The notes below the pieces were generated by a model. It was not told the origin of the DNA. It worked only from the letters and a program-made list of their open reading frames with translations, and searched no databases. A stretch of 64,000 bases of DNA from an uncultured Bacillales bacterium. GTDB lineage: Bacteria; Bacillota_I; Bacilli_A; RF39; UBA660. Below, in pieces: positions 57,100 to 64,000 of this stretch (positions are counted from its first letter, which is position 1; each line of letters begins with the position of its first letter). Made by a program: the position numbers and the translations under genes. The stretch is taken from NCBI GenBank assembly GCA_946536225.1, contig CAMNEE010000002.1:239523-303522 (forward strand), given 5' to 3'.

Positions 57100-57456
57100 A
57101 TGGAAAAAGCAAATGCTTATGATTATTTAGAAAAAGAAGTTACTGTAGAAATTGATAGAAAGTTAGGAAGTCTACATCCTAAACATGGATTTATGTATAT
57201 GGTTAACTATGGTTTTATACCAAATACTGTATCTGGTGATGGAGAAGAATTAGATGCATATTTACTTGGGGTATATGAACCAGTTGATTCATATAAAGGA
57301 TATGTAATTGCAGTAATTCATAGAACAAACGATGACGATGATAAACTAGTTGTTGTACCTAAAGACAAATATTATTCAGATGATGCTATTCGTGCATTAA
57401 CAGAATTTCAAGAAAGATTCTTCGAGTCTGAAATTATTAGAAAGAGAACAAGATAA
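57100..57456 (+). CDS. Compact family-I inorganic pyrophosphatase-like protein (118 aa)
   Basis: VNYGFIPNTVSGDGEELDAYLLG aligns with PPase NYGYI..T...DGDPLDVLV. DDDDKLVVVPKD aligns with DAKLVAVP. The N- and C-termini are shorter than in canonical PPase. Confidence 0.55.
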   Translation: MEKANAYDYLEKEVTVEIDRKLGSLHPKHGFMYMVNYGFIPNTVSGDGEELDAYLLGVYEPVDSYKGYVIAVIHRTNDDDDKLVVVPKDKYYSDDAIRALTEFQERFFESEIIRKRTR

Positions 57457-57518
57457 TTTTTTAAAAAAATTATCTTTTTTCATGCTATAATTTTAATGTA
57501 ATATAGGAGGGTAAAGAA

Positions 57519-58964
57519 ATGAAATATGATTTAATTGTCGTTGGAATGGGACCAAGTGCAGCATTTTTAGCATATGAACTAATTCAACTTGGTAATCATA
57601 AAAACGTTTTATTAATAGACCAAGGTAAAAATATAAAGAATAGAGTTTGTCCAATTGAAAAAACAGGTAAGTGTATGAAATGTAAACCATTTTGTAATAT
57701 CACATGTGGTTTTTCAGGAGCAGGAGCATTTTCTGATGGAAAACTTCTTTCATACCATATGTCTTCCCTTGGCAATAGTGACGAAATGTATCTAGGTGGA
57801 AATGGAGGAGGTTACGTTAAAGAGTATTTAAGTGAAGAGGAAATTAAAGACTTACTTGTATACACTGATAACGTATATCTAGACTTTGGAGCAGATACTC
57901 ATCTTGAAGGCATGGAATATGTTAAAGAGATAAGAGAATTACAAGATAAGGCAGCAGAAGTAAATTTATCACTTGTATCTTGTCCAATTAGACATTTAGG
58001 AACAGAAAAAGCTCATATTCTTTATACTAAGATTCAAGATTATCTTGAAGAACATGGTATAAATATGATGTATGAAACTGAAGTAAAAGATTTAATAATC
58101 GAAGATAATGTTATAAAAGGTGTTAAGATTAAACATAATAGATATAATGAAACAGAAGAGGTATTCGGTAATGAAGTAGTTCTTGCTGTTGGTAGAAAAG
58201 GTGCATCGTGGTTAAGTGATATGTGTAAGGTTCATAATATCAAAACTAAGATAGGTGCCGTTGATATAGGTATTCGTTATGAATTACCAGATGAGGTAAT
58301 GAAAGATATTAATAAATATATGTATGAAGGAAAGTTCATAGGTCGTCTTGATCCATACGGAGATAAGGTAAGAACCTTCTGTCAAAATCCAAGTGGATTT
58401 GTATCTGCAGAAGTATATGATAATGGTCTTACTCTAGTAAATGGTCATTCATACAAAGACAAAAAGAGTACTAATACTAATCTTGCGATTTTAGTTACAC
58501 ATCACTTCACAACACCATTTGATAAACCAATTGAATTTGGTGAGAATGTAGCAAGAAACTTAAATAGTTTAGCAAATGGAACAGTCATGGTTCAACGTCT
58601 TGGTGATATCTACCGAGGAGGAAGAACTTGGCAAGAAACACTTGAGAAAAACTCAGTTGTTCCAACTTTAAAAGGAGCAGTTGCTGGAGACTTAACTTAT
58701 TCACTTGGTTATAGAACTGTAACAGATATACTTAATTTTATAAAAGCAGTAGACAAAGTTGTACCTGGATTTGCATCTCCTGATAATCTTTTATATGGAC
58801 CTGAAATAAAATTCTATAGTAACGAGGTAGTACTTAATAATAGATTTGAAACAAGTGTAAAAGGTCTTTATTCAATAGGTGATGGAGGAGGACTTACAAC
58901 AGGTTTAATGATGGCATCTGCATCAGGAGTAAAACTTGCACGTATTATTTCAAAAGAAAAGTAG
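57519..58964 (+). CDS. FAD-dependent oxidoreductase (COG2509-like)
   Basis: YDLIVVGMGPSAAF dinucleotide-binding motif, 481 aa. Confidence 0.7.
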   Translation: MKYDLIVVGMGPSAAFLAYELIQLGNHKNVLLIDQGKNIKNRVCPIEKTGKCMKCKPFCNITCGFSGAGAFSDGKLLSYHMSSLGNSDEMYLGGNGGGYVKEYLSEEEIKDLLVYTDNVYLDFGADTHLEGMEYVKEIRELQDKAAEVNLSLVSCPIRHLGTEKAHILYTKIQDYLEEHGINMMYETEVKDLIIEDNVIKGVKIKHNRYNETEEVFGNEVVLAVGRKGASWLSDMCKVHNIKTKIGAVDIGIRYELPDEVMKDINKYMYEGKFIGRLDPYGDKVRTFCQNPSGFVSAEVYDNGLTLVNGHSYKDKKSTNTNLAILVTHHFTTPFDKPIEFGENVARNLNSLANGTVMVQRLGDIYRGGRTWQETLEKNSVVPTLKGAVAGDLTYSLGYRTVTDILNFIKAVDKVVPGFASPDNLLYGPEIKFYSNEVVLNNRFETSVKGLYSIGDGGGLTTGLMMASASGVKLARIISKEK

Positions 58965-58984
58965 TTAATACTTTTCTTTTTTAA
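58954..58984 (+). terminator. Rho-independent terminator
   Basis: aagaaaagta-gttaa-tacttttctt followed by a T-run. Confidence 0.7.
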
Positions 58985-59051
58985 TGGGTTTATTAACTGG
59001 TCTTTTTAAACCATTTATTGTATTATAGGGAATAACAAGTGAAGTGATTAA

Positions 59052-59864
59052 ATGAAAAAGTTAAAAAAAATATATGTTGAAGTTACTAATGCCTGTAATT
59101 TATCATGTGATTTTTGTATTAAAAATGATCGTGATTTATCATTTATAAGTGATGATGATTTTTCTAATACATTAGATAAGATTAAAGACTATACAGACTA
59201 TATTTATATGCATGTCATGGGAGAACCTACAATGCACCCTCATATTAATAATCTTATTAATATTGCTCATGATAAAGGACTATTTGTTAATCTAACAACA
59301 AATGGTTATCTAATAGATAAAATAAAAGATAATAAAAATATAAGACAAATAAATATATCACTTCATTCATTTGATCCTAAATACAAAAAAACATTAGAAG
59401 AATATATGAGTAATATATTTAATTCTATTGATGAGTTATCAAATAATACATATATATCACTTCGTATATGGACTAAAAGTAAATGCTCATCTGAAATACT
59501 AGACTTAATAAATAATAGATATAATACTTCTATAAAACTAGAAGATATAAAAAGAAATATAACTATAAAAGAAAACATTTTTATGAGTACAAACGAAGAG
59601 TTTATTTGGCCAGATTTAAATAATCACTACTATGAAGAGGAAGGCACTTGTTATGCTCTTAAAGACCATATAGCAATACTTGTAGATGGAACTATTACTC
59701 CTTGTTGCCTAGACTCAAAAGGGGTAATTAACCTAGGTAATATAAGAACAAATACCCTGGGTGATGTATTTAATAGTACACGAGTGCAACTAATGCAAGA
59801 AGGTTTTAAAAATAATAGAAAAATAGAACCACTCTGCAAACACTGTAAATATTATATTAAATAG
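59052..59864 (+). CDS. Radical SAM enzyme with a C-terminal twitch/SPASM-like auxiliary Cys cluster (270 aa)
   Basis: CNLSCDFC (CX3CX2C) motif. C-terminal CYALKDHIAILVDGTITPCC...CKHCKYY. Confidence 0.7.
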   Translation: MKKLKKIYVEVTNACNLSCDFCIKNDRDLSFISDDDFSNTLDKIKDYTDYIYMHVMGEPTMHPHINNLINIAHDKGLFVNLTTNGYLIDKIKDNKNIRQINISLHSFDPKYKKTLEEYMSNIFNSIDELSNNTYISLRIWTKSKCSSEILDLINNRYNTSIKLEDIKRNITIKENIFMSTNEEFIWPDLNNHYYEEEGTCYALKDHIAILVDGTITPCCLDSKGVINLGNIRTNTLGDVFNSTRVQLMQEGFKNNRKIEPLCKHCKYYIK

Positions 59865-59879
59865 AAAGATTAGGTAAAT

Positions 59880-60572
59880 ATGAGGAAAATGAGTAATAAA
59901 AAACAATTATTAAATGCTCTTTCATCATATAATACAACTACTTTAGAAAAAGAATATTTAAGATCATTAATAGAACTAGATATAACACCATTTGATGATA
60001 ATGATTCACTTGAAAGTTTAAAACTTACAAGTCTTACTAGAGAAATACTTAGATATAATTTATTAATTAAATCTATTGAATCTGTAACCTATGATTATAA
60101 TCCTAAGAAATATAGATTATTGTTAGAAAAAAACTACAATTTCAATATGTCTTTAATAAGAAGAGAAAAAATATTTAATCTTCTAAATATTACATTTGGT
60201 AATGATATCATATTAACAATTCATGATAGAAAAAATATAGAAACTCTACTTGAAGAAAAACGTAAAAAATTAGAAGAATTAAATGATTATCATTATGATT
60301 ATTTTTATATTTATTTCGGAGCTCTTGATTCTCCTGAAGACAAAGCGGAAGAACAAAGAGTATTAGATGAAATAAGAAGAACTGAGATAGAAATAGAAAA
60401 ACTAGAAGAATTACTTGATCTAAGTGATATAGTTAATTATGATGAAAGAATTAAAGATAACTTACATATTGTGGAAACAAAAGATGAATATGTGTCTAGA
60501 GACGGAATAGAGACAACATCTGTTATTCATGAAGCAGGTAAGGTAAGAGTATTTAAAAAATCATTTAAATAA
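59880..60572 (+). CDS. Hypothetical protein (230 aa)
   Basis: Begins 16 nt after the radical SAM gene. Coiled-coil-like. No recognisable motifs. Confidence 0.4.
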   Translation: MRKMSNKKQLLNALSSYNTTTLEKEYLRSLIELDITPFDDNDSLESLKLTSLTREILRYNLLIKSIESVTYDYNPKKYRLLLEKNYNFNMSLIRREKIFNLLNITFGNDIILTIHDRKNIETLLEEKRKKLEELNDYHYDYFYIYFGALDSPEDKAEEQRVLDEIRRTEIEIEKLEELLDLSDIVNYDERIKDNLHIVETKDEYVSRDGIETTSVIHEAGKVRVFKKSFK

Positions 60573-60573
60573 A

Positions 60574-60602
60574 AGATAAATAAACAATTTATCTTTTTTT
60601 GT
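60574..60602 (+). terminator. Rho-independent terminator
   Basis: agataaat-aaaca-atttatct followed by a T-run. Confidence 0.7.
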
Positions 60603-60664
60603 CGTGTTGTAATAAAAGTTGTTTTTATATATAATATAATAAAGAAGTAAAAGAGGTAAGATAT

Positions 60665-62695
60665 ATGGTAACAATTCTATCGGTATTAGTTTTATCATTT
60701 ATATACGTTTTGATTACTGCTATTCTTTACTATACAAAAAAGAAAGCTTTTACTGTTGAAAACGTATATTTTTCAATCTTACTTATAGTTACTTTAGTAC
60801 TTATAGCCATGGAATTTGTTAACTGTGCATATGTCACAGTTAATTTAACCAAGATGGAAAATTTAATACATAAATTTTATGAAATAACACTATTTGTTTG
60901 GTTAACTATATTCTTCTTATATGGTATGCATATGGTTAATGAAAAGAAAGATAATATACTTACAATTAATACAACTAATATTATTAAAATTGCAGTTCTT
61001 GTTATCTATACTATTGCTGTTTCTACAATTATATATTTATTACCAAGTAAAATAGGTATCGCTTATGGAGCACCATATGAAAATGGTATATTTATATATT
61101 ATTTCTATTTTATAATTGTATTTTATATGTTGCTTATTGATATTAATTTTTTCCTTAATAAAATTAAAGAAATAAGAAAGATTGCATCCGTAATAACATT
61201 CGAAGTTTTATTTGCTGTATTTGCAACTCTAAGATCATATTTCATGAATCCTGTATTCTTAGTTGAAGGAATTATAACATCTATAATAGTAATTATTATA
61301 GTTAATACTATAGAAAATCCTGATTTAAAAATTATTACAGAACTAGATGCTGCTAAACAAGAAACAGAAAAAGCAACACGTGCTAAAGATGATTTTTTAA
61401 GTAGTATGTCTCATGAGATTAGAACACCTCTTAATGCAATAGTAGGTTTATCTCAATTAATTTATGAAAGTGATAATGTTAATGAAGAGATAAAAAATGA
61501 TGTTAATGATATCATGTATGCATCTCAAACCCTACTTGAAATAGTAGGTAATATTCTAGATATTAATAGAATAGAATCTAATAAGATGGAAATACAAAAT
61601 ATGAACTATGTTCCTGCTGAAATGATAGAAGAACTAGTTAAAGTAAACTCTGTTAGAATTGGTTCTAAGAATATTAAATTAAGTTACAATATTTCATCAG
61701 ATGTTCCATATGAACTAGTAGGAGATAAAGTACATATTAAACAAATTATTAATAATCTTTTATCTAATGCTATTAAGTTTACTGAAGAAGGAGCTGTTAT
61801 ACTAACTGTAAATGCTATTAATGATGGATTTGTATCAAATTTAGTTATAACAGTAAGCGATACGGGTAAAGGTATTAAAACATCAGACTATGATAAATTA
61901 TTCCATAAATTTGAACGTCTTGATACAGAGATTAACTCAACAGTAAATGGATCAGGATTAGGACTTGCAATAACTAAAAAGTTAGTAGAATTATTAAATG
62001 GTAATATAAGAGTTAATTCTACTCTTGGTAAAGGTTCTACATTTGAAGTAAGTATTCCTCAATCAATTAGCATGACAATGAATCCTAAACAAATTGCTCT
62101 TGAGTATAAGATTGAACAAATGGAAAATGAACAAGTCATTAATCGTAAGAAAAAGAGTGTCTTACTTGTTGATGATAGTGCAATTAACTTAAAAATTGCA
62201 GTTAACTTCTTAAAAGGTCAATTTATTAATGTTGATACTTGTACATCAGGAAGAGAAGCAATTAATAAAGTAAAAGAAAATACATATGATTTGATATTCT
62301 TGGATTTAAAAATGCCTTTGATGGATGGATTTAAGACAATCGATGAACTTAAAAAAATACCTGGATTTTCAACACCAGTTGTAGCATTCACGGCAGTTGA
62401 TGAAGATGCAGAAGCAGTATGCTTAAATGCAGGTTTTAAAGCTATATTTGTAAAACCTTTTTCTAAAGCTCAATTCTTAAGAGAAATTAATAATTTAATA
62501 GATGCTAATTTAGTAATAGATGCATCTTTAGAAGAAAGTGAAAAGAATGTAAAGAAAGAACAAATTCCAACACTTAATTCGGTTATTAAAAACAATGCTG
62601 CAGCAAAAGAGTCTCCATCAAAACCAGAACTTCCTGAGATGCCGCCTCTTACACAGATGGATGATAAACCAGCAATTGATTTTGACAACAAATAA
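60665..62695 (+). CDS. Hybrid sensor histidine kinase (multi-TM sensor, HisKA, HATPase_c, C-terminal receiver)
   Basis: Six to seven N-terminal TM helices. H-box SHEIRTPLNAI. G-boxes DTGKGI and GSGLGLAI. Receiver LLVDD...FLDLKMPLMDG...FVKP. Confidence 0.85.
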   Translation: MVTILSVLVLSFIYVLITAILYYTKKKAFTVENVYFSILLIVTLVLIAMEFVNCAYVTVNLTKMENLIHKFYEITLFVWLTIFFLYGMHMVNEKKDNILTINTTNIIKIAVLVIYTIAVSTIIYLLPSKIGIAYGAPYENGIFIYYFYFIIVFYMLLIDINFFLNKIKEIRKIASVITFEVLFAVFATLRSYFMNPVFLVEGIITSIIVIIIVNTIENPDLKIITELDAAKQETEKATRAKDDFLSSMSHEIRTPLNAIVGLSQLIYESDNVNEEIKNDVNDIMYASQTLLEIVGNILDINRIESNKMEIQNMNYVPAEMIEELVKVNSVRIGSKNIKLSYNISSDVPYELVGDKVHIKQIINNLLSNAIKFTEEGAVILTVNAINDGFVSNLVITVSDTGKGIKTSDYDKLFHKFERLDTEINSTVNGSGLGLAITKKLVELLNGNIRVNSTLGKGSTFEVSIPQSISMTMNPKQIALEYKIEQMENEQVINRKKKSVLLVDDSAINLKIAVNFLKGQFINVDTCTSGREAINKVKENTYDLIFLDLKMPLMDGFKTIDELKKIPGFSTPVVAFTAVDEDAEAVCLNAGFKAIFVKPFSKAQFLREINNLIDANLVIDASLEESEKNVKKEQIPTLNSVIKNNAAAKESPSKPELPEMPPLTQMDDKPAIDFDNK

Positions 62696-62730
62696 ACTAT
62701 AACTAATTTAAGTTATAGTTTTTTTTATTT
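62694..62730 (+). terminator. Rho-independent terminator
   Basis: aactataact-aattt-aagttatagtt followed by a T-run. Confidence 0.75.
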
Positions 62731-62758
62731 TTGTATTATAATTATATTGTGATAACAA

Positions 62759-63480
62759 TGAAAAATAAGAGGACATTTTTAATATATGTATTAGTAGTAT
62801 TATTTATTTCATGCTTGTTTTATCTAACTGATAATGAGTCTCTTGGACTTAATAAAAATGAAACAACAACTACTAAACAAGTTTTTATAAGTGATGAAGA
62901 TATTCCTGATTATGATGGTAAAAGTTACATAGTATTAAATGATAATAAACCATCTTTCTCTCCATCTTCATATGACTATAAAGAGTCATTTGAACTTTAT
63001 AGTGAACTTGATAATCTAGGAAGATGTGGAGTTGCTTATGCACTTTTAGGCAAAGACTTGATGCCAACAGAAGAAAGAACAGGAATAGGTTCTATTAAAC
63101 CGTCTGGTTGGCATACCATAAAATATGATTTCATAAAAGGAAAATATCTTTATAATAGATGTCATTTAATAGGTTTCCAATTAGCAGGAGAAAATGCCAA
63201 TGAAAATAATTTAATTACATGTACAAGATTCATGAATACTGAATCTATGGTATCTTTCGAAAACAAAGTAGCAAAATACATTAAAGAAACAAATAATCAT
63301 GTTTTATATAGAGTTACTCCAGTCTTTGATGGTAATAACTTACTTGCTAAAGGAGTACAAATGGAAGCATCTTCTCTAGAAGATAAATGTGGTAGTATTT
63401 GTTTTAATGTATTTGTTTATAATGTTCAAGATGGAGTAGATATTGATTACACGAATGGTGAATCAAAATTAAAGGAATAA
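62759..63480 (+). CDS. Secreted DNA/RNA non-specific endonuclease (EndA/NucA-like) with an NRCH variant of the DRGH motif
   Basis: Signal or anchor peptide. RCGVAYAL...NRCHLIGFQLAGENANENNL. Confidence 0.55.
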
Positions 63481-63489
63481 GGTGATAAT

Positions 63490-64000
63490 ATGTTAGGAAT
63501 TTTAATTGGTGTATCTATATTTATTGATTTAGTTTATATAGTTTATTATATAAAAATAACTAATTTAAAGAAAAAAAGAAAAAAGGGAAGACTTATATTT
63601 AAACTAATAGTTAATTTAATAGTTATTTCATGTATACTTGCTCTTTTAGATGGAGTAGTATACTTTATAACTGATGCAGGAAATAAGAAAAATATAGATG
63701 ATAATACTACAACTAAAGAAGTTGAAACTACAGCTAAAAAGGAAGAACCAACAACAAAGAAGACTTCTTCCGTAAAAGTAGTATCTAAAGAATATCCTAA
63801 ACTAGATTATATTGAAGGGGATAGAGAAGAAAAAGGTTTTACTTCTAAAGGATATTTAATTGAAGAAGTAAATGGAGTTACTTATATAGATGGATATATG
63901 ATAGCTAATAAAACATATGGTCTACCTGAAAATTATGTTCCTAAGAATGCAACTCTTTATAGAATTGCTCCAGTAGCTCAAAGTTACTTAAATGATTTAT
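63490..64000 (+). CDS. Membrane-anchored D-Ala-D-Ala carboxypeptidase-like (peptidase M15B/VanY-like); 3' end lies outside the window
   Basis: TM helix, Thr/Lys-rich linker and MIANKTYGLPENYVP resembling the LVNKxxxLPxxYxP motif of VanY-type enzymes. The ORF runs off the window edge. Confidence 0.5.
   Translation, partial: MLGILIGVSIFIDLVYIVYYIKITNLKKKRKKGRLIFKLIVNLIVISCILALLDGVVYFITDAGNKKNIDDNTTTKEVETTAKKEEPTTKKTSSVKVVSKEYPKLDYIEGDREEKGFTSKGYLIEEVNGVTYIDGYMIANKTYGLPENYVPKNATLYRIAPVAQSYLNDL

Noticed and set aside
58998-59042. 14-codon mini-ORF MGLLTGLFKPFIVL upstream of the radical SAM gene as a RiPP precursor
   Set aside because: It overlaps the T-run of the upstream terminator, has no RBS, and has no Cys/Ser/Thr-rich core typical of rSAM-modified peptides. 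It is kept only as a note inside the rSAM finding.
1-64000. Prophage, ICE, IS element or CRISPR content
   Set aside because: I saw no integrase, transposase, recombinase, terminal inverted repeats with target duplications, phage structural genes, or any regularly spaced direct-repeat array. The three accessory patches lack mobility genes.

Overview
The window is a 64-kb, AT-rich (about 28-30% GC) chromosomal segment of a low-GC Gram-positive bacterium of Firmicutes type. Almost every gene is on the + strand, and all stop codons are used normally. Most of the content is core housekeeping: a 5'-truncated ABC exporter, a Nudix hydrolase, two RNase J paralogs, rpsD with a long leader, a GH31 glycosidase, a T-box-controlled leuS, tRNA-Glu(UUC), mtnN, dnaB(DnaD-like)-dnaI, trmB, a T-box-HAD-tyrS-receiver operon, def, yidD, lemA, gatD-murT, ftsA-ftsZ, a P-type ATPase, an LCP protein, rpsP-khpA, lysS, plsC-fadD-plsC, htpG, a PAP2 phosphatase, an SDR, a metallophosphoesterase and others. 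I see no transposases, integrases, CRISPR arrays or rRNA genes. Three patches look accessory. (i) At 19.7-23.6 kb, between dnaI and trmB: a cadherin-like surface protein, two paralogous N-terminally anchored proteins, a CpaE/TadZ-like pseudo-receiver/pseudo-ATPase and a small two-TM protein driven by its own consensus promoter. This is a candidate orphan Tad-like or otherwise undescribed surface-assembly module and is my best candidate for an undescribed system, but I cannot assign it a function from sequence alone. (ii) At 3.8-6.1 kb: three unknown proteins, the first one secreted. (iii) At 52.9-63.5 kb: a transglutaminase-like protein, a GCS2 ligase with a mini-pyrophosphatase, a FAD protein, a radical SAM/twitch enzyme, an orphan hybrid histidine kinase and a secreted nuclease. 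Other notable points are an RNase J paralog that has lost several catalytic histidines, a membrane-anchored EIIB(Glc)-like domain with Cys replaced by Thr, and two T-box leaders with unusual downstream gene arrangements.
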